Positions 37,701 to 48,035 of a stretch of 64,000 nucleotides of DNA are shown here, piece after piece. How positions within the stretch are numbered: the first letter of the stretch is position 1; the number at the start of each line of letters is the position of its first letter. Made by a program: the position numbers and the translations under genes. The notes under the pieces are model-generated. The model saw only the letters and a list, made by a program, of their open reading frames with translations. It was not told the DNA's origin and did no database searches. The stretch is from an uncultured Verrucomicrobiae bacterium. GTDB taxonomy: Bacteria; Verrucomicrobiota; Verrucomicrobiia; Chthoniobacterales; JAATET01. The stretch covers positions 1 through 64,000 of the forward strand of contig CAVRCI010000008.1 in NCBI GenBank assembly GCA_963719495.1, written 5' to 3'.

Positions 37701-40700
37701 GACGGAGGAGGAGGAAGGTGTCCCCGGCGACGCCGCGGACCTGGAGGTCGATCTCGCCGGTGAGGCGACCGTCGGCGAGGGTCCAGGACTGGACGAGGGA
37801 TTGGGCGGGCGGCGGCTCGGCGGCGAAGGCAAACGCGGTGACGCCGAGGATGAGGATCGCGGTGGCGGCGGTGGTTGAGGGCTTGCGAATCCAGCGGAGG
37901 AGGGTGGGCAGGAGGAGGATCGCGAAGACGGCGAGGGCGAGGGCGAGAAAGAAGGCGGCGGCTCCGCCGCGCTGGATCAGGAGGCCGAAGGTGAGGAGGG
38001 CGGTGGCGGCGGGGATGATCCAGCGTCCGCGTCGGAAGATGGCGAAGCCGAAGAGGCCGAGGCCCGCGAGGGCGGAGGCGATGCCGGCGGGCGAGATCAT
38101 CGCGCGGGTCGAGGTGACGTTGCCGAGCTCGACGGTCGCGGTCTCGCCGGCCGGGATGACGGTGGCCGAGTAGGTGAGGGTGGCGCGGTTGGGCAGGCGG
38201 TCCTGGGTGGCGCGGAGGGTGAGCGCGAGGGCGGCGAGGAGGACGCCGAGGGCGACGACGAAGCCGACGATGGTGAGGGTGGTCGATCCTCCGCGGAGCA
38301 GGAAGGTGGCGGCGGCGAGGGCGGCGAGGAGGAGGAGGGCGGGGCCGGCGGCGCGGGTGGCGAGCCATTCGAAACCGGTCTCGGTGAGGACGGGGCGGGT
38401 GAGTTGAGCGGTGCCGCCGCGGGGGACGAGGAGCTGACCCGGGTCGCCGGTGACGGTCCACTCGCTGATGACGGTGGGACTCGCGGCGGCGGGGGCGGTG
38501 AGGGTGGGCGCGGCCGGATCGGCGGCGGTCTGGCCGAGGCGGAGGGTGACCTCGACGGGTTCGTTGGGGTCGAGGCGAGGGGGGAGCGGGATGAGGGTGG
38601 CGGGGCCGTCGACCTGGGCGCTGACGATCTGGCCGTCGGCGCGGGCTTCCCAGAGGTTCACCGATTCGGGGAGGACGAGCCGGAGCGCCTGGCGGCCGCG
38701 GGTTTTCACGAAGTAGCGGACGTCGGTGACGGCCTGGCCGTCGCGGGAGACGCGGGTGGTGAGGGCGGCGAAGTCGACGAGCTGATCGACGGTGTTGGCG
38801 GGGTCATACCACTCGATGGCGAGGGCGAGGTCGAAGGGGCGGGCGGTGTATTGGTAGACGGCGAGGGTGGGGGCGCTGCTGAGGAGGCGGAACTCGGTGG
38901 GGAGTTCGAGCGGTTCGAGCGGGAGGAGGGCGCCGTCGGCGGTGGTCACGTTGGATTTGACCTGGAGGGGGCTGACGACCTGGACGTAACCGCGTTCGCC
39001 CTGGACGCCGAGCGGGCGGACTTCGCCGGGGTGGATCGTGCCGCCGCGGGCGCTGAGGGGTTGTTCGAACGTGACGAGGAGGGTGGCGGCTCCGAGGACG
39101 GGTTGGTGGAGGGAGACGATGACCTCGTCGCCTTCGCGCCGCCAGTCGCGGCGGACGTTCTGGCCGATGACGTCGATGTTGCCGGCGGTGGGTGGGACGG
39201 CGATCCGCCATTCGTTGGCGGGGGCGCCGACGACGAAGTAATTGAGCAGGATGCTGGCGGAGACGGTGCCTTCGCGGAGGGAGTAGAGGTGGAAGACGTC
39301 GGCTTGGACGCTGCGGCTGAGGGCCTCGACGGCGAGGGTGGCGGTCCAGCCGGGTTCACGTTGGCGGAAGGCCTGCTGGAGGCCGGGGACCTGCTTCGGG
39401 AAGAGGCTGAGCGGCTGCTCGGCGAGGTTTTCGGTCGAGCCGGGGAGGACGCGGAAACCGGGGGTGGTGACGACGCCGAGGTGGCCGCGGACGGAGCGTG
39501 CGCCGGGGTAGCCGAGGGGCGGGAGGGTCCAGTCACCGGCGGCGGTGGGTTCGTTGCGTTCGAGGCGGAGGCGGACGAGCTGGCGGCCTTCGACGGCGGT
39601 GTCGAAAAGGATCTTGAGGACGCGGCGGCCGTCGGTGGTGTCGGTCTCGGCGACGTAATCGGCGACGCTGGCTCCGGTGGCGGCGACGACGGCGTAGTCG
39701 GCGGGGATGGTGAGGGACCATTCGCGGAGGGGGGCTTCGCGGATGTCGAGTTCGAGGTCGGCGGTGAGGACGCGGTCGGTGGGGGTCAATTCGTAGAGGA
39801 CGATCTGGGAGACGCCGACCTCGGGGAGGATCTGGTTGGCGACGATCTGGTAGGCGTAGTTGGCGGAGGGGAAGCGGTAGACGAAGACCTGGCGGGGGGT
39901 GGGTTCGAGGGCGGGGCCGGGGAACTGGGAGGGGGCGAGTTGGAGGAGGCCGGTGGTGGTGGCGATTTCGAGGCGGACGGCTCCGTCGTTGCTGACGCGG
40001 ACGGTGCCGGAATGGCGGACGCCGCCTTCGGGGGTGAGGCGGAGCGGGGCGGTGGTGACCGGGAACGTGCCGAGCGGGGACTGGCTGCGGACGACGAGGG
40101 AGCCGGTGCGCTCCATCGGGCGGCTGAGGCGGACTTCGAGGACGCGGCGGTCGCCGTCGGGGACGACCTGCCAGGCGAGGACGTTCGTGCCTTCGACGCC
40201 GAGGATCTCGCCGGGACCATCGAGGGCGAGACGGACGGCGGGGAGTTTGCCCTGGAGGACGCGGAAGTCGACGCGGGCGGTTTGGCGGAGGAGTCCGGCG
40301 CCGACCCGGACGTCGGTCTGCTCGTGGCTGGTGAACGAGAGGGCGTCGGCGCCGGTCTCGCGGGTCTGACGCCAACCGAGGGCGGCGTGGCCGTCGGCGG
40401 CGAGGAAGCCGCGGTGGGAGTCGGCGTCGGGGACGACGGCGGCTCGCGGGTCGAAGGTGACGGGGGTGGGGAGGCCTTCGATGACGAGCGGGACGATCGC
40501 GCCGGCGGGGAGGCGGAAGTCGAGGGACTTCCATTCGCCGTCGCGGACGGCGGCGGCGAAGCGGAGGTCGACGGGGAAGACGCCGGGCTGGTCGAAGACG
40601 AGGGTGAGCGTGGAGTCGGCGAGTTCGACGTGAAAGTTGTCGTTGGCGGCGGGGTCGGTGAGGGCGGCGTGGCCGCCGAGGAGGGGGAGGCGGGCGTTGG

Positions 40701-41502
40701 GTTCGCGGACGAGGGCGGCTCCGGTGAGGCGGAAATTCACGCAGCCCGCGACGGGGTCGTAGCGGCCGGTGAGTTGGGTTCCGATGAGGTCGGCGGGCGC
40801 GAGGGCGGCTCCGCGCGGGGTGAGGCGGACTTCGAGGGTGGCGGCGGTGGTGCCGGTAAATTGTTGGTCGCGGTGGGGGTCGGTGGGGGCAGGTTGGGAG
40901 GGCGGGGATTGGGATTCGGTGGTTTCGGGGAGGGGGCCGAGGGGTTGGAGTCCGTCGGCGCGGGTGGCGCGGACGTCGACGCCGGGGCCGGGGACGAGGC
41001 GGATCGTGGAGGCGAAGCCGACGGCTTCGCCGGGGGCGAGCGTGGGGAGGGTGACGGTGGAGGGGATGATTGGGTCGGCGGTGCGGAGGGTGATCGTGAC
41101 GGTGAGGGTCTCCGGGGCGGGGCCGTCTTCGGTGAGGGTGGGTCGGAGGTCGAGGTAACGGTGGCCGTCGGCGTGGCGGACGGACCAGTCGCGGAGGCCG
41201 GGGCCGGTGACGGTGGTGACTTCGCCGGTGCCGTCGAGGCCGAGGGTGAGGGTTTCGGGGCGGCCTTGGAGAACGCGGAGGGTGGCGGTGATGGTGGTGG
41301 TGATCGTGGCGGTGTCGAGGTGGGTGGTGGCCTCGGCGGTGGCGGTGAAGAAGAGCGGCGGGGCCGGGGTGACTCTTTCGGCTTCGACGATGAGGAGGCC
41401 TTCGGGGGTGGTGAGGGGGGTGAGGGGTTGGGCGGCTTGGGTGGGGGTGAGGAGGGTGGTGGTGATTAGCGTTAGGAGCGCGAGGAGGATGGTTGGTTTC
41501 AT
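34708..41502 (-). CDS. Giant (2264 aa) exported/membrane protein with repeated beta modules, function unknown
   Basis: Uninterrupted ORF with host codon bias, signal peptide, central TM cluster, C-terminal TM plus RKKK. Confidence 0.9.
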   Translation of the reverse strand: MKPTILLALLTLITTTLLTPTQAAQPLTPLTTPEGLLIVEAERVTPAPPLFFTATAEATTHLDTATITTTITATLRVLQGRPETLTLGLDGTGEVTTVTGPGLRDWSVRHADGHRYLDLRPTLTEDGPAPETLTVTITLRTADPIIPSTVTLPTLAPGEAVGFASTIRLVPGPGVDVRATRADGLQPLGPLPETTESQSPPSQPAPTDPHRDQQFTGTTAATLEVRLTPRGAALAPADLIGTQLTGRYDPVAGCVNFRLTGAALVREPNARLPLLGGHAALTDPAANDNFHVELADSTLTLVFDQPGVFPVDLRFAAAVRDGEWKSLDFRLPAGAIVPLVIEGLPTPVTFDPRAAVVPDADSHRGFLAADGHAALGWRQTRETGADALSFTSHEQTDVRVGAGLLRQTARVDFRVLQGKLPAVRLALDGPGEILGVEGTNVLAWQVVPDGDRRVLEVRLSRPMERTGSLVVRSQSPLGTFPVTTAPLRLTPEGGVRHSGTVRVSNDGAVRLEIATTTGLLQLAPSQFPGPALEPTPRQVFVYRFPSANYAYQIVANQILPEVGVSQIVLYELTPTDRVLTADLELDIREAPLREWSLTIPADYAVVAATGASVADYVAETDTTDGRRVLKILFDTAVEGRQLVRLRLERNEPTAAGDWTLPPLGYPGARSVRGHLGVVTTPGFRVLPGSTENLAEQPLSLFPKQVPGLQQAFRQREPGWTATLAVEALSRSVQADVFHLYSLREGTVSASILLNYFVVGAPANEWRIAVPPTAGNIDVIGQNVRRDWRREGDEVIVSLHQPVLGAATLLVTFEQPLSARGGTIHPGEVRPLGVQGERGYVQVVSPLQVKSNVTTADGALLPLEPLELPTEFRLLSSAPTLAVYQYTARPFDLALAIEWYDPANTVDQLVDFAALTTRVSRDGQAVTDVRYFVKTRGRQALRLVLPESVNLWEARADGQIVSAQVDGPATLIPLPPRLDPNEPVEVTLRLGQTAADPAAPTLTAPAAASPTVISEWTVTGDPGQLLVPRGGTAQLTRPVLTETGFEWLATRAAGPALLLLAALAAATFLLRGGSTTLTIVGFVVALGVLLAALALTLRATQDRLPNRATLTYSATVIPAGETATVELGNVTSTRAMISPAGIASALAGLGLFGFAIFRRGRWIIPAATALLTFGLLIQRGGAAAFFLALALAVFAILLLPTLLRWIRKPSTTAATAILILGVTAFAFAAEPPPAQSLVQSWTLADGRLTGEIDLQVRGVAGDTFLLLRPPATLIAFEAPEGLRVTKVPRGDATDYFVALDRDGTFTARATFELPVPDLTKGLPLVTGPAAVQRVTVRLDENGWEFTSPAAVSVQPRTDLPADASGATLVLQPGGNPVIHVRTRTRDTAAEATEFFVEADQLFVPAPGVVSGTSRFTIRPVQGQVTTLEITVPPAFTVGDVTNGPVTAWRFDPASHRLHVEITPAQTDTFTFDVETQRGTADLPVDLTVAPLRIPAAEGEVGMIALAFGGEAQPENVRGPTPVNLQDFDDTLLPKSKDGQPLATLQNVFRTGAAGDEITLRVAPVAPEVRAVSRQVFSFGDDRLVLAADLKVSITRAGLFSLSFVLPADLEVEAISGPALSQWTQADRVVTLQLNGRTLGDQAFALTLVGPAPAAQASWPVPRLLLREATRQTGELILVPEPGLRLREVDRENVSQLDSRAAGETRAGALAFRLLQENWSLTLGIEALDPWVTVETLQDVTLREGQTLTRLALAYRVENAAVKTLRLHLPGLTEAQAATVRATGPAVNDLVQLPDAPDLWEIRFERGIIGTTDVQIEFQAQTDRDQGLESIGVPTFEATRQVTQTVAVRADGRVELAAATVPRGWQRADWSAVPPDLQNPTDRGIPTLCYRVAEPEGPLTVRVERHDLADALRLRVTRADLTTLVSPLGPTLNAVALDVEVVEKSSLRVQLPPDAQLFSAFVNDQSVAVVRAEDATLLSVSPNSDADRSARVRLVYSVPASSRSKIDLLGPNLDVPLVDVTWRVILPPGTDLADYEGGLRLQEETATRSWGLEKYQTQSTSARTDEAKRANALIEKANTLIEQGRQQEAGEALGKAANNFALDEATNEDARVQLKSLLTQQAVVGLNTRRQRLYLDNRATVTERNEQLEQAANANPFMQGGTGYDPQQMDQLLLGNTIEENTALRGIADRIVEQQLATEPAPGAIDVTIPEAGKIITFTRSIQVNEATPLTLELDLEPKTTTHPTHAILILLLTAATATIATRKKK

Positions 41503-41596
41503 GGGTTGGCGGGCGGTTTTCGTTTGGAAATGTCCGGCGGGGCCGGATTGGGTTGGGTCGGCGATTGCAAATCGCCGCTCCTTGAAGCTGGGTCGG

Positions 41597-43981
41597 CTAG
41601 TTTTTTCGGGACTCCAACATTTGGGTTAGGGTTTGAACGCGGGCTTGGTTTGGAAAGGCTTGGCGGAGGTTCGTGATGGTTGGGGTTAAGCTTTCCAGGT
41701 CGACTCGTTCGTCGCCTCTGAGGTGGTCGGCTAGGAGGGTGGCGGCTCCAGCTAGTTGGATGCTTGGGGAGGCCTGGTCGAAGGTTGGGGCGTTGGGGTC
41801 GTAGGGGATCGTCCAGGAGCGCTCGACCATCTGGTCGGTGGCGGGGTCGCGGAAGCGGACGAAGACTTCGCCGACTTCGCCGCGGCCTTCGGGGATGGGT
41901 TCGATCTGGTAGAGGGCGACGCCGGCTTCTTCGGCGGAGAGTTCGGCGGCGTCGACCTGGTCGTTGCGGAAGTCTTCGGCTTTTAATCGGTGTTCGTCGA
42001 AGCCGAGGAGGCGGTAGCGGGCGACGCGGTCGGGGTTGAAGACGACCTGGACTTTGACGTTCTCGGCGGCGGGGCGGAGGGCGCCGGCGAGTTGGCGCGC
42101 GAAGTTGGCTTCGGCGTCCTGGGGAGTGTTGAGGAAGTAGTAGCGGCCGTCGCCGCGGCGGGTGAGGGCTTCGAGGATGGTGTCGTTGAGGCCCTTGGCT
42201 CCGACCCCGGCGGCGTCGAAGGAGATGCCAAGCTGGCGGGTCTTCGTGACCCCGGCGGCGAGACGGTCGGGGTCGGCGTCGCCGAGGTTGGCGGCTCCGT
42301 CGGTGAGGAGGACGATGCGGTTCTGGGCGGCGGGCAGGAATTGCTTGGTGGCGAGTTCCGAGGCGAGGGCGAGGGCGGTCTCGAGGTTGGTGCCGCCGGC
42401 GGCTGGGGTGCGGGCGGCGATGTCGGCGAGCTGGGCGGCTTGGTCGCCGGGGACGTTCTCGGCGAGGAGGCGGGGGGTGCGGGCGAAGCCGACGAGGTTG
42501 ACGCGGTCGTCGGGGCCGAGCTGGGGGGCGAGCGTTTCGAGGGCTTGGCGGACGGTGGCGGCGCGGTCGGCGCGCTCCATCGAGCCGGAGGTGTCGAGGA
42601 GGAAGGTGAGGCGGAGCGGTTGACCCGTGGCGCGACCGGCGGCGGCGACTTTGACGGCGATGCGGACGAGATTGCGTTGCTGGAGGAACGGGTGGGCGCT
42701 CTGCTCGACGCGGCAGGCGACGGGTTCGCCAGCGGCGGGTGACGGGTCGTTGTAGTCGAAGGCGTTGGTGAACTCCTCGGGGCGGATGCGGGCGGGGTCG
42801 GGGGCCTCGCCGCGGGCCAAGGCGTCGGCGGCGAGCTGGAAGGAAACGTCGCCAACGTGGAGGGAGAAGGTTGAGATGGGTTCGTCGGCGGTGAGGGTTT
42901 CCGACTGGAAAGGGGCCTGCTTGGTCTTGGAAAGCTCGGATTTGCGTCCGATCTCGTCGACGACCGAGTCCAGATCCATCTTGAGTTCGTCCTCGGGGGG
43001 CGAAACGTCGACGCCGCGGAACATGTAGACGGAGTCCCAGCCGGTCGAGAGGTCGGCGTTCCAAAATTGGTCGTCCTTTGCGTCGATAGCGGACTTGTCG
43101 ACGATGGTGGTTCGGCTTTCTCCGATCGTGACCGCCCGCCCTCGTGCGTCGATTTCACGGGAAGCTGACGGCGCGGCGGGGCGAGCTGTTTGCGAGAGGA
43201 TGGGCTGATTAATGACATCTCCAGGAACTCCTTCGACGGGCACAATCGGACTGCCGTAGTTGATAAAGCCTTCGAATTCGGGCGCGGGGCCCGCGCCATT
43301 CTGGGCTGCGGCTAGGTTTCGCGAAGGGAGTTGTTCGGCGATTTCGTCCGCGAGGAGTTGCTCTTCCAAAACGCTGCTGGATCGGGATCTTTCCGCTCTT
43401 GCGATGTCCTTCGAGGCGGGAGCCGCAGGGGTGTTCATCGCCATGAGTTCCGAGGTGGGAGTTCGCTCGCTTGCTGTGAACCCGGATCCGTTTTCTCGGT
43501 TCGTGAAAGCTTCGTCGACGAAGCCCCCTTCGCCGCCTTCGAAGTCGGCTGGTCCCTGAACAGTTTGTCGCGTCGTGGTCGTCAGAAGCGGGATCGCGAT
43601 CGCCGTGACGATGAGGCAGGCGGCTAGGGGGACGAGGATGCGGGGGGTCGACCAGTTGCGCCGAGTGGGCGAGAGGACGCGGACGGTTTCGCTTGGTTCG
43701 GCGGTGACGGTGCCGATGGCGGCGAGGAGTTGGGCGCGGCGGTCGGGAGCGAGGCGGAGGGGTTCGGCGTCGGGGTGGGTGGCGGTGCCGACGAGGTCGT
43801 GGATGGCGGTGATGCGGCGACGGAAGAGGGCGAGCTCGGGGTTGTCCGCGAGGTGGCGGTCGAGTTCGGCGGCCTCGAAGGCGGAGGTCTCGCCGAGGAC
43901 GTGGGCGACGACGCGGGCTTCGAGGGCGGGGTCGATCCAGGGCTGGGGTTGATTTTCGTCGTTGGGGTTCATGGTGTTCAC
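41597..43981 (-). CDS. Anti-sigma-like N-terminus, TM, linker, then YfbK/vWA(DUF3520) domains
   Basis: STFSLHVGDVSF, RPEEFTNAF, MIDAS DTSGS, LLTDG, YRLLGFD, VDAAE. Confidence 0.9.
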   Translation of the reverse strand: MNTMNPNDENQPQPWIDPALEARVVAHVLGETSAFEAAELDRHLADNPELALFRRRITAIHDLVGTATHPDAEPLRLAPDRRAQLLAAIGTVTAEPSETVRVLSPTRRNWSTPRILVPLAACLIVTAIAIPLLTTTTRQTVQGPADFEGGEGGFVDEAFTNRENGSGFTASERTPTSELMAMNTPAAPASKDIARAERSRSSSVLEEQLLADEIAEQLPSRNLAAAQNGAGPAPEFEGFINYGSPIVPVEGVPGDVINQPILSQTARPAAPSASREIDARGRAVTIGESRTTIVDKSAIDAKDDQFWNADLSTGWDSVYMFRGVDVSPPEDELKMDLDSVVDEIGRKSELSKTKQAPFQSETLTADEPISTFSLHVGDVSFQLAADALARGEAPDPARIRPEEFTNAFDYNDPSPAAGEPVACRVEQSAHPFLQQRNLVRIAVKVAAAGRATGQPLRLTFLLDTSGSMERADRAATVRQALETLAPQLGPDDRVNLVGFARTPRLLAENVPGDQAAQLADIAARTPAAGGTNLETALALASELATKQFLPAAQNRIVLLTDGAANLGDADPDRLAAGVTKTRQLGISFDAAGVGAKGLNDTILEALTRRGDGRYYFLNTPQDAEANFARQLAGALRPAAENVKVQVVFNPDRVARYRLLGFDEHRLKAEDFRNDQVDAAELSAEEAGVALYQIEPIPEGRGEVGEVFVRFRDPATDQMVERSWTIPYDPNAPTFDQASPSIQLAGAATLLADHLRGDERVDLESLTPTITNLRQAFPNQARVQTLTQMLESRKN

Positions 43982-44565
43982 CCGAGGCTGCCGTCGATGC
44001 CGGCGTGACGCAGGGCGTCGGCGAGGTTTTTGAGAAGGTGGTGGAGCTTGTAGCCGACGTTGCCGACGGTCAGTCCGGTGCGCTGGCTGATTTGCTGATA
44101 CTTGAGGTCGTCGTGGTATTTGAGGTGGATGAGGGCTTGGTCTTCGGGGGGGAGTTCGGCGAGGAGGAGGCGGATCATGCCGACGGCTTCGAGGCGGCCG
44201 AGGGCTTCGTCGGGGGGGTGGTCGGGGGCGGGGGTGTCGGGTGGGTCTTCGTCGGTCTCGCGGGCGTGGTCGCGGAGGTGGTTGAGGGCGAGGTTGCGGA
44301 GGCTGCGGTAGAGCCAGGCGCGGGGGTTTTCGACCTGGTCCCAGAGTTGGTGGAGGCGGAGGAAGGCTTCCTGGACGAGTTCTTCGGCGACGGAGCGGCG
44401 GCCGACGAGGCCGAGGGCGAAGTGGAAGGTGGCGCTCTCCTCGGCGGCGAAGAGGGCGGCAACGGTGGGCTTGGTGGCGGGTGTGGCGGGGGTTCGGGGA
44501 AATTGGATCGGCTCCTTCGCGTCGGCGGACGCGGATTCGGGTTGGCGGGGGAGCGGGGCGGTCAT
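43978..44565 (-). CDS. ECF sigma-70 factor
   Basis: AEELVQEAFLRL, AWLYRSLRN, region 4 HTH; stop overlaps the vWA gene start. Confidence 0.93.
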   Translation of the reverse strand: MTAPLPRQPESASADAKEPIQFPRTPATPATKPTVAALFAAEESATFHFALGLVGRRSVAEELVQEAFLRLHQLWDQVENPRAWLYRSLRNLALNHLRDHARETDEDPPDTPAPDHPPDEALGRLEAVGMIRLLLAELPPEDQALIHLKYHDDLKYQQISQRTGLTVGNVGYKLHHLLKNLADALRHAGIDGSLG

Positions 44566-44764
44566 GGATCCGGGGAGGATGTCGGCCTCCTGTTTATCAA
44601 GACACGCGGGGCGTGGCTTTCTTAGAATTTAGTTTCTGGGGGGGGTTGGGGGAGCTGCTGATTGGTGATTGGTGAGGGGATTTGTTCGGCTTTGCCGAAT
44701 TTGGTTGGGTCGGCGATTTCGAAATCGCCGCTCCTTGAGCTGGCTTGGTAGGGTTTTACCCGCA

Positions 44765-45967
44765 ATGAAAGCGCTTCTTCTGACCAACGAATATCCTCCC
44801 AACATCTACGGGGGGGCGGGGGTTCACGTGGACTATCTCAGCCGGGGGTTGGCGGCGTTTGTGGACGTGGAGGTGCGGTGCTTTGGGGATCAGGATGTTG
44901 CGGGGGAGCATTTGAGAGTGGAGGGGTTTGGGTTGGATGCGGCGGGGTTTCAATGTCCGAAGGAGTTGCGGTCGGCGTTTGGGGCGGTGCGGCGGTGTTT
45001 GGATTTCAATACGGCGGGGATCGACGCGGATCTCGTTCACTGCCACACGTGGTATTCGCACTTCGGCGGTTTGCTCGCGAAGTTGAACTACGGGATTCCG
45101 TTGGTGGTGACGGTGCACAGCCTGGAGCCATTGCGGCCTTGGAAGCGGGAGCAGCTGGGGCGGGGGTATGATTTTTCGAGTTGGTTGGAGAAGACGACGA
45201 TGGAGATGGCGGACGCGGTGATCGCGGTGTCGGCGGAGACCAAGGCGGACATTCTGCGGCTCTTCGACATTCCCGAGGAGCGGGTTCCCATCATTTACAA
45301 TGGGATCGATCTGGAGGAATACCAGCGGACGGATTCGACGGCTTCGCTGGAGCGGTTGGGGGTCGATCCGGCGGTGCCTTACGCGTTGTTCGTGGGGCGG
45401 ATCGCGCGGCAGAAGGGAATCATTCACCTGGTGAACGCGATCCGGCACCTGGACCCGGGGTTTCAGGTGGTGCTGTGCGCGGGGGCGCCGGATACGCCGG
45501 AGATCGCGGCGGAAATGAAGTCGGCGGTGGCGGCGGCGCAGGCGGAGCGGGGCGGGATCGTGTGGGTGGAGGAGATGGTCGATACGCCGACGAAGATCGA
45601 ACTTTACAGCGGGGCGGCGGTGTTCATTTGTCCGTCCATTTACGAGCCGTTTGGGATCATCAACCTGGAGGCGATGGCGTGCGAGACGGCGGTGGTGGCG
45701 AGCGCGGTGGGGGGGATTAAAGAGGTGGTCGTGGACGGGGAGACGGGGGTGCTCGTGGAGCTGGATCAGATGGCGGAGAGTCCGTTCGAGCCGAAGGACC
45801 CGGAGGCTTTCGCGCGGGCGCTGGCGGTGGCGGTGAATGGGGTGATGGGGGACGAGGGGAAGCGGACGGCGATGGGATTGGCGGGGCGGAAGCGGGTGGA
45901 GGAGATGTTTGGGTGGGACGCGATCTCGAAGCGGACCGCGGAGCTTTACAAGACGCTGGTGAGGTGA
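44765..45967 (+). CDS. glgA: GT4 glycogen synthase (actinobacterial GlgA/GlgM type)
   Basis: NEYPPNIYGGAGVHV, HCHTWY, HSLEPLRPWKREQLG, YEPFGIINLEAMAC. Confidence 0.92.
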   Translation: MKALLLTNEYPPNIYGGAGVHVDYLSRGLAAFVDVEVRCFGDQDVAGEHLRVEGFGLDAAGFQCPKELRSAFGAVRRCLDFNTAGIDADLVHCHTWYSHFGGLLAKLNYGIPLVVTVHSLEPLRPWKREQLGRGYDFSSWLEKTTMEMADAVIAVSAETKADILRLFDIPEERVPIIYNGIDLEEYQRTDSTASLERLGVDPAVPYALFVGRIARQKGIIHLVNAIRHLDPGFQVVLCAGAPDTPEIAAEMKSAVAAAQAERGGIVWVEEMVDTPTKIELYSGAAVFICPSIYEPFGIINLEAMACETAVVASAVGGIKEVVVDGETGVLVELDQMAESPFEPKDPEAFARALAVAVNGVMGDEGKRTAMGLAGRKRVEEMFGWDAISKRTAELYKTLVR

Positions 45968-46061
45968 TTCTTGCCCGCTAAACACGCGAATGACGCGAAT
46001 GGGGGTGAGGTGGTGGGCTGGAATTTCTTCGCGTTTGCGGGCGGCGGCGTGAGACAGGTAG

Positions 46062-47168
<1,107 letters not shown>

Positions 47169-47287
47169 GGTTGGTGCGGCGATTGAAAATCGCCGTTCCT
47201 TGACAACTTCGGCGGCTGGAGCCGGAGCGTAGCGGAGACAGACGAAGTCAACCCTCCGCTCCTTGAAGTAGAAGCTTCCGTCGTAAG

Positions 47288-47361
47288 TGGCTGCCTCACA
47301 AGGACTCGAACCTTGACAAACAGATCCAGAATCTGCAGTGCTACCATTACACCATGAGGCA
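47288..47361 (-). tRNA. tRNA-Gln(CTG) with CCA
   Basis: TGCCTCA/TGAGGCA acceptor, GCAGA-TTCTGGA-TCTGT, CAAGG-TTCGAGT-CCTTG, G-CCA. Confidence 0.96.
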
Positions 47362-47457
47362 ATCTCGCGGGTGCGGGTGGGAGAAGGTGGCGGAAGTTCC
47401 GGGGGATGACAACTTTGTTTTTGGGGGTGCGACTCGGTTTCGGGTAGACCTGTGGGG

Positions 47458-47892
47458 ATGAAGTCTTGGTGGTTTTTGGCGCTTTGCGCTCTGGTCGTGA
47501 GCGGATGCTCGAGCGTGGGGGGTGGGAAACCGGCGGGGCAGTCGCAGGTGGTGATCTCGGGGCACTCCGAAGGGGAAATTCAGATGAAGGCGGAAGACGT
47601 GTTTTTCCGGCATGGGTTTGCCTTCAAGGGTGGCGATTCGGACAAATTGTTCTTCGAACGGGCGGGCGGGACGCTCGATAATCTGCTCTACGGAAATTGG
47701 CAGGGCGAGGACACCTATACGAAGGTGACGGTCTTCGTCACGCGGCGGGACGATGATTCGTTCGAACTCCGGGCCCGATCGGTGGTGGTGCGGGATACGT
47801 TCGGTGAGGCGGTCGACGAAGAGAATTTCGACATTCAAGGGGCGCGGTATGGTGTGATCCTGAAGAAGATCGCAGCGGAGTTGCGGGAATGA
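47458..47892 (+). CDS. Hypothetical lipoprotein
   Basis: Lipobox VSGC. Confidence 0.8.
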   Translation: MKSWWFLALCALVVSGCSSVGGGKPAGQSQVVISGHSEGEIQMKAEDVFFRHGFAFKGGDSDKLFFERAGGTLDNLLYGNWQGEDTYTKVTVFVTRRDDDSFELRARSVVVRDTFGEAVDEENFDIQGARYGVILKKIAAELRE

Positions 47893-47911
47893 GGACTCAG
47901 CCATTCTTTGG

Positions 47912-48006
47912 TGTCATTCTGAGCTTTGCGAAGAATCTCTGACTTGTCAGGCAAAGGTGACACCAGTTCGGGAGGTCAGAGATTCTTCACTTCGTTCAGA
48001 ATGACA
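47912..48006. repeat. Long imperfect palindrome TGTCATTCTGAGC...GTTCAGAATGACA
   Basis: ~32-bp inverted arms between convergent genes. Confidence 0.8.
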
Positions 48007-48035
48007 GGTTGAAGGAGGACGGGCGTTGGGGCGGA

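Noticed and set aside
38404..41469. 1021-aa plus-strand ORF (also 13654-15873, 48634-50478, 50509-52311, 61900-63201 and Arg/Pro-rich frames)
   Set aside because: Antisense or shifted shadows of real high-GC genes
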